This document shows positions 1 to 15,021 of a DNA stretch of 64,000 nt, piece by piece. This stretch comes from the human T2T-CHM13v2.0 reference genome, Homo sapiens, in the NCBI RefSeq assembly GCF_009914755.1, contig NC_060945.1. One strand, written 5' to 3'. A program made the translations under genes and the position numbers. Each line of letters starts with the position of its first letter. Position 1 is the stretch's first letter. A model generated the notes under the pieces. That model did no database searches and was not told the origin of the DNA. It saw only the letters and a program-made list of their open reading frames with translations.

Positions 1-52
1 CCTCAGCCTCCCAAAGTGCTGGGATTACAGGCATGAGCCACCGCGCCTGGCC
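1..52 (-). mobile_element. Alu fragment (cut by window edge)
   Basis: cctcccaaagtgctgggattacagg...cctggcc. Confidence 0.9.
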
Positions 53-334
53 ACTGTTTTTATTATGGTTTTTTTGTTGTCATGAATAACCATATCCTTA
101 CCCCTCCAAAAAATGTTTTTATACTTTCTTAAAAGACATTTTAAAAATTGTAAATAAAATGTTTAAGATTTAAGTTTAAAGACTTCTGCATTAAAATATC
201 ACATTCATACAGAGTAGAAATAAATGTAATTTTTTGACAATGGAGAATAAAAGTATAATTTGTTTCAATTATGTTCCCGTGGCAGATTCCTAATTCTAGC
301 CGATGACCTGTGTGCGTTAGCCATGTCACAGGAT

Positions 335-510
335 GGCAGTTCAGGGTGGAGACTCTGGGACCAGGCTGCCTGGGATTGAAGCCCATGCATGTATGGCTGT
401 GTGACGTGGACAAGTCATTTAATATCTCTGCCCCAGCTTCCTCATTTGTAAAATAGGAGTAATACTAGGACTACCAACCTGATTCGCAGTTTAAAGGAGT
501 TAATATATGG
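335..510 (+). mobile_element. MIR SINE remnant
   Basis: gtgtgac..ggacaagtcatttaa..tctctg..cagcttcctcatttgtaaaataggag core. Confidence 0.7.
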
Positions 511-1160
511 GGAGCTAGTTATTATTATGTCATTTGTTATTACATATTAGTTTCATTTAAAGTATTTTCTGACTTTATAAAGTATTATGGAATGAGAAAA
601 ATCATTCTCAGTCTTTTACTGTGGGTTTCAGGTTGAGGCCATCAAAAATTTCAAGGCCTAGATTTAATTACAATTATCTATTTGTGGTAGCTACTTTGAA
701 AAACAAAATCAAAGTAGTTGAAGTCAATAAAACAATCCCTTGCTTTCAACTTCAGGTTTGGGGAGCAATGTGTGTGCATGTAAATGTGTTGTTCCCTTTG
801 CTGGGGGGAAATTTTTACAGTGTTGGGTGTATTTTATTTTTATAGAAGTTATGTTCTCTGTGTTTTATGGCTTTGTTTGTTTGTTTTGTCAGTTTAATAC
901 CAGCTTTATTATTAAGAAGTATTTTTCTTATTCTTGTAACCACTTTGTAAAATACATCAGAAATTTTCTGTGTTTTCCTAAATCATGTGATTTCTTCTCA
1001 TTCAGAACTGGAGCCCTGATTCAGTTGCCCCATCTGAACAACAATGTTCCCTTGATGTTCCCATCCCATTTACTGGATGGAGCTTTTTTTGTGAAAAGAG
1101 GCAACAGTAGTGTTAACTTAGAGTTGCTTTCTTGCTGTAATCAAGCGTGTTTGTTGGCAG

Positions 1161-1390
1161 ACGAGCTCAGGAAAGGGACAAGCAGTGGCTGGAGCATGTG
1201 CAGCAGGAGGACGAGCATCAGAGACCAAGAAAACTCCACGAAGAGGAAAAACTGAAAAGGGAGGAGAGTGTCAAAAAGAAGGATGGCGAGGAAAAAGGCA
1301 AACAGGAAGCACAAGACAAGCTGGGTCGGCTTTTCCATCAACACCAAGAACCAGCTAAGCCAGCTGTCCAGGCACCCTGGTCCACTGCAG
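1161..1390 (+). CDS. ITSN1: ITSN1 exon 18: end of KLERQ-rich coiled coil ([15 protein letters not shown]...APWSTA)
   Basis: Acceptor ttgttggcag at 1160, donor GCAG|gtatta at 1391; 230 nt; peptide recognised as intersectin-1; ends in phase 1, matching the next exon. Confidence 0.95.
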
Positions 1391-1861
1391 GTATTAGAAG
1401 CCAAAAATAATTATAGAAAATAAGTCATCTTCTCTCCCAGAGCCTCCTGAAAAATGCCCCTATCTCATCAGTACCTGTCTTGGCTACATTAACAGATGAG
1501 AACGTCAGTCTCTTATTTTGAGCATGGCCAGCTCTTCTTTCCCCAGGGTCATTTGAGATCTGTGTAATTCTCCCACCACCATGCCAGCCTCTGGCCCACG
1601 TTACACTGGCATCCACGAGTCCTCTACGGAGCTAACAAGTGGCGTGAAGTTCCAGTGGTCTTATATGCTGCAAAAGAACCTGCTGTTTCTCTGGTTTGTT
1701 ATTTCCCTCCCTGGAATTTCTGAGCTGTTTCTGCAACAGAAAGTGGCACCTTTCACCCTTGCCTCCACTGATGGGGCATTCGCTGTCTTCGGTCTGCATT
1801 GCATAAAACTGCTTTTACTTTTTGAAAAATGTAAAAGCATAATTTGCCTTTTCTTTACTTC

Positions 1862-2181
<320 letters not shown>

Positions 2182-3589
2182 TAATTTGCCTTTTTTTTTT
2201 AAAAAAGGGATAAATGAAAGACTGAACAAAAAGATAAATGAAAGACCAATCTAATCGGAATAGCTAGAAAAAGCTATCCTTTATAATATCTGATGTGAGC
2301 TAGAATGTATTTAAGATTCTTGTGTGGTTGTGTGATTGTACAGTTTTGCAAATAATGTTCAGTGGAAGCAAGTCATTGCTTTTTCTTTGTGTGGTAAATT
2401 ATACCAGTTTTGCTTGGTCATCCATGTGCTTCTTTAGTGCTTCAGTATACAGAAAGAAAAGAAAGAAAAAACACTTTCAAGCTATTCTGTAAAGGTTTAC
2501 TGGTCCCCAGCTACATAGTGGGCAGAGATGGGCGTGAGGTATGGAGTTGCATTAGGCACCTACCTGCCTTCAGATGCATGCAGTCCAGGGGAAAGACTGG
2601 CAGGTCATCAGACCTACAGAGTAGCAACCATGTCATAGGAGGGGCAAATTAATTTTTTGATAGTTTTTTTTTTAATCTGAAAATAATTTCACCATTGATC
2701 TTAGGAAGTTAGTTTAAGTTCTTCATGCGTCCTCCTAGTATAAGATGAGGATTTATTTTTCCCCTTCAGTCAGTAGGAAATCTTGCATGTCATACAGTTC
2801 AAAATCATGTGGAGATAATACTTCCCCCTCGTTGCTTTTCAGATAAGATAGGTATATGTCAAAATACTTGTAGCTCTTGAGTAAAAATGCCCAAAGGTCT
2901 GTTACTAGTTTTTGCTAACCAGAATCCAAAATATCCTCCGCTCATGTGCATTTTTAAACATTTTATTTCATGTAAAATCTAAATTATTTTCATCTAGGTT
3001 TCATCCTTAGGCTAATTATTTCCCAAAGAAATGTAGAGGAAGAGTGTCTTCATCGGGGATTATCAGTATAACCAAAATCAGCACTTAGTTTTTATATGAC
3101 CAGGTTAAAGAGCCTAAAACATCTGCATTTTCATGTTTCAGTATGGAAACTGGTGCCTCTGTTCCCTCCCAAACAAGTTGACTCCTTGGCTGATTCAGAC
3201 TTTGGGTCATATCCTAACTGCTACATTGTACTCAACACACTGGGTAGGGAGGAGGGCGGGTATTGATGCTTTACAGATCTGCACTGCTGGAGCCCAAGGA
3301 AAGAGGCAGAGACAAGGGACCTTTAGGCAGCCTCGCCGCACCCAGGCTTGGAGTGACCTTTGTTTAGAGAGAGTCACTAATGAACTCTCTCATGGGTTTT
3401 TGTTGCTGACGTCAGATTTGGCTGTGCTTTGGCATTCAGTATGTGTTTCAGAAATTCCTTGAATGGAGGGAAATAGTTCAGAGGTTAAGATAGGCAATAG
3501 AGGAGAGGTTAGTTGTTTGGCTTGTTGTCATACATTTGTGTTCTCTGTAATTATTTATTTTTGTCCCCCCCACCTTTTTTTGTAAACAG

Positions 3590-3711
3590 AAAAAGGTCCA
3601 CTTACCATTTCTGCACAGGAAAATGTAAAAGTGGTGTATTACCGGGCACTGTACCCCTTTGAATCCAGAAGCCATGATGAAATCACTATCCAGCCAGGAG
3701 ACATAGTCATG
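3590..3711 (+). CDS. ITSN1: ITSN1 exon 19: N-half of SH3A ([41 protein letters not shown])
   Basis: Pyrimidine tract + aacag acceptor, ATG|gtaaga donor; 122 nt; ALYPF...[10 protein letters not shown]3 signature. Confidence 0.97.
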
Positions 3712-4004
3712 GTAAGAAAGACTCCAGTGAGAGGGTCATTTCTGTTGAAGATTAGCCTCTGTCCTCTTTTTTTCACTTTATTCAACAATTGTGAGATTGT
3801 CAGTGAGTATGAAACCCAATAATCCAGCATCTAGATTTTTAAAGTATAAGCTCAATCTTCTTTCTTTTCTATTAAAATGAAAGATGGCATTTAAAAAAAT
3901 GTATCCTAACATCATTTTAAAATTGAGTTGATAAAGACAGTGTGTTCTTATTTTTAAATCTATAAATGTCTGATAATTTCAGAGTTTAGATTACTACTTA
4001 TATA

Positions 4005-4155
4005 CTATGAGTATACATATATATGTAATACATATATTTTATATATGATGTATAGACAATATATATACTAGTGTGCGTGTGTATATATATGTGTATGTAT
4101 AATATATACTAGTGTGCGTGTGTGTATATATGTACACATATATATACACACACAA
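4005..4155. repeat. (TA)n/(TG)n low-complexity tract with an internal duplication of about 41 bp (atatatactagtgtgcgtgtgt)
   Basis: Seen directly. Confidence 0.8.
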
Positions 4156-4596
4156 AAGGATCCTCCAAGGTGGAAGGAGGCCAGGAGTCTTTAAGAAATA
4201 GTTATAAGTGCAAAACACTCTATCAAATCATTCTCATAATTGCAATAACTTTTGTATCTTTGCATCAAAGCATCTTTTTTCCCTTTAATTATGTGAACTT
4301 TTAATTATGTAAAAAGAGTAATGAATTATACAGTTAATCTGCTTTCCTACTTTGTAACAGAAAATAGTTTAGAATTTTGCTTTGTTATTGTTTCTTTCCT
4401 TGAACTAATAATCATTTTATGATGTGACTAAAACTATAGGAACCAGTTTAAGAAAGAAAATCAGACATGGTTGATCTAAATCATTTTCTAAAAGAAAATA
4501 GTAGTTCCTTGTTCTAGTTACTCTCTTTAGAGTCTTAGAAGTAGTCAACTCTGCATTACTCTTAACATTTTTTTTTTTTTTAAAGATAATTTAGAT

Positions 4597-4970
4597 TTTT
4601 TTTTTGTTGTGGTTGACACAAGTTCTCACTCTGTTGCCCAGGCTGGAGTGCAGTGGTGTGATATTGGCTCACTGCAACCTCTGCCTCCCTGCAACCTCTG
4701 CCTCCCTGCAACCTCTGCCTCCCTGCAACCTCTGCCTCCCTGCAACCTCTGCCTCCCGGGCTCAAGCAAAGCGATTCTCCCACCTCATCCTCCCAACTAG
4801 CTGGAACCACAGGCGTGCACCACCATGCCCAGCTAATTTTTGTAATTTTTATAGAGATAGGGTTTCTCCGTGTTGCCCAGGCTGGTCTTGAATTGCCTGG
4901 GCTCAAACGATCCTCCCAGGTCAGCCTCCCAAAGTGCTGAAATTACAGGCATGAGCCACCATGCCTGGCC
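4597..4970 (-). mobile_element. Alu (AluJ-like) carrying an internal minisatellite
   Basis: Alu dimer lengthened by tandem repeat. Confidence 0.9.
4672..4756. repeat. 17-bp minisatellite (CTGCAACCTCTGCCTCC) x5, perfect
   Basis: Copies start at 4672, 4689, 4706, 4723 and 4740. Confidence 0.97.
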
Positions 4971-5264
4971 TAGAATTTGTAAAGAACTGTGAAAGTTAAC
5001 AATTGAAACAAACATGTTTCTTACCCAAGGACTGTATGTCTTTGAAGTATAAAGGGTGGTGTACAGGTGATTTTACTATTACTCATGCATTCATCTTGCC
5101 ATATACACATCATATCTGTGGATCTTTAATAGGCTAAAATACCTAGAAATAACAATATGTTTGGCACTTAGAGAAATGAATTCCTGTGTCCCCTTTTTTC
5201 CTAATAGCTGCTTTCTCTGTAATTACCATGGGCTAGAAGAAGCAAGGCCAAACATCCCAAATTA

Positions 5265-5476
5265 TTTTTTCTTTTTTTTGAGACAGGGTCTCACTCTGTC
5301 ACCTAGGCCAGAGTGCAGTGGCATGATCTTGGCTCACTGCAGTTTCCACCTCCCAGGCTCAAGTGATCCTCCTGCCTCAGCCTCCTGAGTAGCTCAGAGG
5401 CGTGTGCCACCACACCGAGCTAATTTTTATTTTTTTACATTTTGTAGAGACAGAGTCTCCCTATGTTGCCCAGGCT
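5265..5476 (-). mobile_element. 5'-truncated Alu
   Basis: Right arm plus part of left arm. Confidence 0.85.
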
Positions 5477-6228
5477 CCAGATCTTTAAAAGTTAAAATCA
5501 CCTTAACAGTAGCAAAAACCTCTTCAAGTATACTCCATGGCTTCATTCAGCACACAGTTATTGACTGAAACATGCTGGGTGCCAGCCTTACTCATCCTTT
5601 ACAGAAAGAACTGTTGGTTTGGGCATGCCACTCTGTACACACAAATGGTAACTTGAGCCAGCGGGGTGTGTTTCTGTCAGCTTTCCTCTGACTTCACCAC
5701 CTGCTGTTTCCTACACCGTGGTTTCTGATAGCCTGAAGCTACTTTACTCATACTGCCTCATATTTGAAGTAGTGTATCCTGTAAAGCAGATTAATTGTAA
5801 AATATGTAAACACCATATAATAGGAATCTAAAATTTCTGAAAATACAATGTCACATCAGTGAGGACCTCATTACAATTTTTTTTTTAATGTTAAACAAAC
5901 CAGCCTAATATTTTTGAAACTGGATTTTGTTGCAACACAAGGTGCAGAGAAGCAGCTCGCTCTCATCCTAAAGTAAGGGAATGTTATGAAATGTGATGAT
6001 GAGGAAATGTTGCAGGTGATCTGTATCTTAATGAGAAAGTGTTGCTCTTTTTCGGGAACATATCTGGGCTTCACTTGTAATCCTAGGCCTGTTGAAACCT
6101 TTTCCTCGAATTGGCTAGTTAACCACCAGCTTGATGAGATGCGTAGAGTTTAGATATGCTGTAAGAATAAAGCATGTCATTAAACATATATTTTGCCTTG
6201 CTTTCAAACCTTTGCTTTCCTGGTGGAG

Positions 6229-6243
6229 GTTAAAGGGGAATGG
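6229..6243 (+). CDS. ITSN1: ITSN1 exon 20: 15-nt neuron-specific microexon, VKGEW insert in SH3A
   Basis: GTTAAAGGGGAATGG between a gag acceptor and a consensus TGG|gtaagt donor; phase 0-0; TGC motifs upstream; matches the known VKGEW insert. Confidence 0.93.
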
Positions 6244-6519
6244 GTAAGTGTTGCCTAACTGTCAGGAAGTCTGCATCTTATTCAATGTTTTGTCCTTTTA
6301 AGTCACTTGAATTCTGTGTAAGTACACGTATCTCTGGGTGTTGTTGCGGCAGTAAAAATGTGTTTGAGTCTGTGTAGTAGGTTGTGCTTTTTAAAAAAAA
6401 AGTAAGTCGTAAGTCTTCTCAGTTTGTGTACTGGGTTTCTTTTTGTTAGATTCCTTTTAAGGACTAACTTGAATGCTCTGTGTTTGGCAAGGGATTAGGT
6501 CAAGTCTCCATCTCAGGCC

Positions 6520-7560
6520 ATAGACAAAAAGGAGTTCCAAGTAGATTAAACATAAAAGATAAAATTCTGGGAAAAAAATTTTTTTAAGCAGACTATTGGA
6601 ATAATTTTCTGGCTAAGAAAGGCCTTTTGAAGCTATAAAAACCAGAAGTCGTTAAGAGGCAAAAATGGACAGTCAACAATATGCAAAAATTAAAATGTCT
6701 ATGTTTCAAAATATATGAGACCAAGGGTTACATAAAGGGTTACCCCTGTTACATAAAGATTCCGAACAGTTCACTTTGAAAGACACCCACAAGCCTTAAA
6801 CAATTGGCAGAGGGTGGGAAGGGACATTCACAGATGAAGTAAAAAGTCAGTTATTTAAAAAATACATGAAAAGATGCTTAGCTTCTTGGGTGATCAGAAA
6901 AATGCAAGTTATAAAACAAAATAGCATTGTTCCTCTGTCAAATGAGCAAGTTTAAAAGTCTGGTAATATCCAGCTTTGTCAAGAGTATAGGACAGTGGAT
7001 ATAATATACATTGTTAGCATGGTTGTATAAATTGGTTAAGCGATTTGGAAGGCAATTTGGCAGTGCCTGTTTAGATTTAAAATTCTCGTTCCCTCTGCCC
7101 CAGAAATTCTATTTTTCTCCTTCCTCTCATTCTTCTCCTTCCTCTTTTGGGCACATGCACAAATATGTGTGTACATGGATGTTCACTGCAGTGGTGTTGG
7201 TAAAAGCAAATAAACAGCCCAATGTCCATCAGTAAAGGGATGGCTTAAATAAATTATGATACAGCTAAAAAATACAATGAAGATTAAAACTTATGTAGAT
7301 CACATATACACATAAGATTTCCATCAAAAAAGCAGAATATGTGCAGCATAATTGCATTTTGGTTCGAAATAAAACTATATATGTATTCATGTGTTTATGT
7401 ATAGTTAACAGTTTTGAAATATATATATCAAACTGTTAACAATGGTTACCACTGGGCAGTAAAGAAGGGGCTTTCGTGTTGAATTTTATAGACTTCTATG
7501 TTATTTTCATTTTTATAAATGTATCTAATTTGTAATTTTTAATAAAACAAAATAAATTCA
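6520..7560 (+). mobile_element. Old L1 (L1M/L1ME-like) ORF2-end and 3' UTR remnant
   Basis: aaaagatgct..aatgcaa, ggatgttcactgcag, aatgtccatcagt, aaataaattatg motifs typical of L1 3' ends. Confidence 0.7.
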
Positions 7561-8563
7561 AGGACAAGTATATTAGAGAGTATCTACTCAGGACTGTAAT
7601 AATGTTTATTATATCTCAGACCTCCCAAATATGTAATGAAATGTAGAATGTACTACTAGGCATAATTCGTTGGCTTGCAGAAGGGACAGCAGTGTTTCGA
7701 TTTTGTACTACAAAATGCATTGTGATACTCCAGGTGCCATTCAGCTGTGTTATCTTTGTGAGGATAACAGTCAATGCAAAAAGATAGATATTGACATCTA
7801 ATAGCAACAGGTTTGTATTTTTTTAATTTCATGAATTTTGCAGTTAACAAATGATGAGCATGAGACATGTAGTACAACATTACTGTCAGTCTCCCTAGGT
7901 TGAAAAATCCGGGGTTCACTTATACTTTTGTGGGCACAGTCATCAGATTCTCAGATTCCTCAAACGTCTTTGGGACATAGCTTACTATAATATGTTCGAT
8001 TTTTAGAAGTCTAACATTGTGACAGTGTTTTTTAATGTAGGCAGTCTTAGCCTTAAAAATATTTTGTTTTTAGAAAAACTTAGCCTGGTTTTATCCAAAA
8101 CTATAATTTTTCATGTTTAACAAAAATTTAATGTGGTACCTTGTATATAGCACTATTCTCAGCACTGTAGATAATAGAAAATTATCAAGTCTGCCATTCA
8201 TATGTTTAAAATCTTTTTAGAAAAATCTAGAGAAACACATGAAAAGGCCAACATGTGATGAAGTTCTCAATAAACATTCACTAACTCTGCTAGGAATTTA
8301 AAAGAGGAGAGGAATCAGTGTAAAGTGATGTGCTCAGGGAAGACCAAATGCTTTCAATTGAGTCTGACCTTGATGGCTAAGGCTTAGATGCGTAGAAAAT
8401 ACATGGCCTCTCTTGATCTGGAACTCCCAATACTTGGAGGGTGAATTAAATCAAATTTGACATCCGTAACATGTTAGTAGAACATAAGAAATGAGAAGAC
8501 CTATGCTCACTGCTGTTTTGTTGAAGTTTATCTTGAGAACACAGGCTGAGTGTCTAAATCAGT

Positions 8564-8775
8564 ACAATCTTTTGGCTTTCATGGGCCACATTGCAAGAAT
8601 TGTCTTAGGCTGCACATAAAATACACTAACACTAATAATAGCTGATGAACTTCAAAAAAAAGCTTGCAAAAAAAACTCATAATGTTTTAAGAAAGCTTAC
8701 GAATTTGTGTTGGGCCTCATTAAAAGCTGTCCTGGGCCACATGCAGCCAGTGGGTTGCGGGTTGGACAAGCTTGG
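8564..8775 (+). mobile_element. MER30-like hAT DNA transposon
   Basis: caatcttttggctt..gggccacattg...gggttggacaagcttg matches the MER30 consensus as I recall it. Confidence 0.75.
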
Positions 8776-8779
8776 TTTA

Positions 8780-8955
8780 AATGCTTATCCTTGGACTGGT
8801 ACAGGCCTGAATGCATCCAGATTGCTGAGGGAGCTTCCAAAAAATAACCATGCCAGGGCTCATCCCCAGAGATTCTGAGAACTCTACTGCATATACAGCC
8901 TTCAGAAGTCTGACCAGGTGGTTCTGTTAGGTAGTCAATTTCAGGAACCGCTGAT
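8780..8955. mobile_element. MER5-like hAT remnant
   Basis: atgccagggctcatccccagagattctga...caggtggttctg...tttcaggaaccgctg. Confidence 0.55.
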
Positions 8956-9295
8956 CTAACCTAATCTCTTTTTCACGTCAGGACTAATCCTAAATCATTT
9001 CTAGAAAATATCCTCTTAAAAATATCCAAAGAAGAATGGACTTCTTTAGTAGTTATCAGTCATTAGCCAGTCAGTTCATTCTGGAAATTGTTTGTCTTAG
9101 TGTTACTCTTATAACAATTTTTAACTCATTCTTTTCCTTTTCTTCTCCTGACAGACATTTTTTTAAATGTAGCCAACAATACCTTTTTCCTCTACCTTCC
9201 ATAGATTTCCATAGATTAAACATCAGAAAGTATCTCATTTAGTAACAACTGGCCATAATATCACTGCAGTTTTGAGGGACCAGTATACACGATTA

Positions 9296-10064
<769 letters not shown>

Positions 10065-11044
10065 TCAAAACCGGCAAATCCATGGAAAATGTTTTACTAC
10101 CTGCACTCCTCAACACATCCCATGCAGCCACTGTCAGCTGGTCTGAATACACAGGCTAAACCTGTTTGCTACACTTGTTTATCATGTTCTATGAGGGGAA
10201 AAAGGAATTTCTGCTTCCCCCCTTTGTGACAAGGTCAGAGATTTTAGAAATATTAATCTTACCTAATGAAGATGGCAGCCATGGAGCATATAAAAATTGA
10301 GAAAAGAGGTGTAATATCATCGGCCTTTGCCAAACGGACTTGAAGCTGAAGTGGCTGCTGTGTATATTTGACTGTTGCATCAGCGAGCTACAATATGCAG
10401 TGTGTAATTACTAACATTTAGTAGAGCAGCTCTGTAACATAGTCCCAGAAATGTGAGCAATATCTGGTGTTTGTACTTCGCTTAAATGATGTTTCACTAG
10501 AATTACCCCCAAATACGTTGGGGTGTTACAGTGTGCCTGATAAATGAAATTGTATTGAGACCAAAATTGTTAATAATAACATCTCCCTTATAGCCCCCAG
10601 TAGGTAAATGTACATTGTGTAAAAGTCCACGTTGGAACCAGTCATATTACAAAGCAGTTTGTGTTCCTATTTCTTGGTCTGCCATAATCTTATGTTTTCC
10701 AAAATTGGATTGGCATTTTGGGTAGTTTTCCAAATCCAAGAAGAAATATTTTTCATTTTCATATGTTGACCTTTGTGCCCTTTCTAAGTGGTTAATTTAA
10801 TTTAGGTGTTAAGAATGAAAGTCTCTTACAGCCCCTGAACCTTAAAATGTAATAATTTATTAAAATTGATGTATACTTGTAAGAGTAAATTAAGCTAATT
10901 GAGACTATTGTTTGGGGGGCTGTTGAGACCAACAGATTTCTTTGCTTAAAAGTGAAATGCTGATTTCACTGTTATCCTTAGGGATGGGAGAAGCTCTTGC
11001 TTAAGGGGATAAGAGGCTGATATGGCCCCCTCCTTCACTCCTAG

Positions 11045-11422
<378 letters not shown>

Positions 11423-11702
11423 TAAAAGTCTTATTAACCAGTCAATACCCTGTGTTTCAAGGGAGTAACAATAGATCATGGGACATAATTAAGCAAAGCA
11501 GCTGACCTTTGAGGAGGTCCAAAATGAGCAGACGAGTAGGAGTTCCCGTCGATCAAGGGATCCACTTGAGCCCCTAAAGGATTGCTTATGGCAAGAAGGT
11601 AAACCTAGAGGGAGCAGAGGACCAGGCAGTTAGAGCAGGGAACTCCTGAACAGAGAAGCAGATTGTTACCTAGAGTGAAGGTAAAGTCAAGACCAGGCTT
11701 TT

Positions 11703-12003
<301 letters not shown>

Positions 12004-12101
12004 AAGACCAGGCTTTTAGAATAGGACAGAAGCCCAAGTAGGAGAACTACAGCGCAACATCAGAGCTGGACAGCAGAAGAGAGAATTTAAAAAAAATATC
12101 T

Positions 12102-12620
<519 letters not shown>

Positions 12621-13565
12621 CAGTCTTGACACTAAGTTATTGTGTGTTTGGCTCAAGCTCCTAACCCACTCCTGCCTGACATCACCTTTGGTCCTAGAAC
12701 CAAGGTGGCTGATCTTGACTATTGAACCTACTGAGAAGTCTGGCAGGACCTGGCTTGGATAGAGACAGCTATGTTTCCAGTGTGGAGCAAAGTTATAATG
12801 TGTCACCATATCACCAAAATGTAAACAAGGAAGGAAAGACATCTAGCCATTTGAGTTCAGCATAAAAGAAGATCCAAATGGGGGAAAATTTATCTTAAAT
12901 CCTCATCTAGAGAAACAGTTGGGGCTGCCCAGAAAAAGAACAGTAAGAACAAAACAATGACTGCAAAGTGGCTAGTGTGTTCATGTGGGTGTAAGTGTGA
13001 GCAGAAATGATAGAACTGTGAAGCCAAAAATTCAACCTTTGGAAGTGTTATTGCATTTTATACAAGGGAACTCCTTTTTTGGTTGTTTGGAGAATTCTCA
13101 GCTTTAAAAATTGCTTTTATCTGTGACAATAAAGATTCCCTAAAGTGGAGCAGCAAGCAGGCATCCCCTACTTGCTGAATATATTGTAAATAACAGGTAG
13201 AAATCAGAAGTAAGCCTTGCCTTGCATTCTGTTTTCTCCACCTCTACCCCAAACATTTGTTAATTCAAATAAGCTAATAAGTATTGAACCCTATTACTCA
13301 CTGTCCACTGAGTACATACAGATAGATGTTTGGTTTGTTTAATGTAATCATTTTTTGCTTTATTTTTAATTAATTTTTACTGAATACTTGAATGGATTAG
13401 ATAACTGGTATTTTTGTCAGATTTTTCCAAAATCATTGTTAAGACCCTGCCTACTCATGTCTGATTTCTAAGAAGCAACTTTAATTTCCAGTGAAGTGTT
13501 TGATGTTTTACTCCTTAGGCAGCATAGGAAGGGGTAAAAATAAGATATAAGGTTTCATAAGATAA

Positions 13566-13890
<325 letters not shown>

Positions 13891-14773
13891 CAAAAATAAA
13901 TTTCCCAATAGCAAATGTGATTGTCCTCCAAAGTCATTCTCCTGTTGCTCATAAAATAGTAGGGACAACTCGTAAAGAAAAGTAGAATCGTTTTGGCCAT
14001 TTTGGATGATCCATTTGAGTCAGAATTAAAATGCAAACCTTAAAAGCATTTGGCGTAATAAATGGCCTCTGTGAAATTTTTAAACAGTATAATCCTGGAT
14101 TTTCCTGTGCACTGAATATGCAAGTTAAATTTATACAAAAGAAAACTACAGGACCTTAATACAATTGATTATTGCTGTAAATAATGACTTCCTTAATTTT
14201 CTCATCATGTGTCTGTGGAGCTTTTAAATGCCTAAACACAGCAGCAGTCAGCTTTGCTTCTCGTGGAAACCATTTAAGGCCATGGTTTTTTTTTTTAAAT
14301 CTTCCTTGTCCTTATACTGAATAAATACTACTTAGTTATTGGAGGTTTTCAGAGTACTGAATTTATATTGATTGCACCCTTTGCTTTCAACTTTAAGTAA
14401 TAAACTCAAGTCAAATTATTTTTAATAATGACATGACTTTCTGATGAAGCCTGTTAAGTCACTTCCCAAATCAAAATATTTAAATTACATGCCTCAGGAC
14501 TCCAGGCACTTTGTCTCAACTGCCATTATTAGGACAGTTATGGGGTAAGGCTTTTTTAAAAAGTGCAGAGAATAAGAGCTTGAATTATAGTGCATTTTTT
14601 TTTTCAGCATTACTGCTTAGACTCTTTTCCCAGACACTTGGACTAAGATGAAGAGATTCCTATGCCATATGTCAATCTAAAGAGGGCAGAGGCTTGGGAC
14701 TTCACTGTAGTTGGGTGCTGGGTCTATTCAGGGGTTAATTTAGTTCTACTTAAAGCTGTGACTTTTTCCACAG

Positions 14774-15021
14774 GTGGATGAAAGCCAAACTGGAGAACCC
14801 GGCTGGCTTGGAGGAGAATTAAAAGGAAAGACAGGGTGGTTCCCTGCAAACTATGCAGAGAAAATCCCAGAAAATGAGGTTCCCGCTCCAGTGAAACCAG
14901 TGACTGATTCAACATCTGCCCCTGCCCCCAAACTGGCCTTGCGTGAGACCCCCGCCCCTTTGGCAGTAACCTCTTCAGAGCCCTCCACGACCCCTAATAA
15001 CTGGGCCGACTTCAGCTCCAC
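14774..15021 (+). CDS. ITSN1: ITSN1 exon 21: C-half of SH3A and linker with WADF (AP2-binding) motif
   Basis: tttttccacag acceptor, AC|gtacgt donor; 248 nt; [20 protein letters not shown]3 signature. Confidence 0.97.

Noticed and set aside
1391-1410. ORF read-through past exon donors (also at 15022, 22272, 27452, 40431, 60654)
   Set aside because: ORF-finder run-on into introns; canonical GT donors and matching phases explain the true boundaries
4672-4756. Regular repeats as a CRISPR-like array
   Set aside because: Head-to-tail repeats with no spacers, inside a primate Alu
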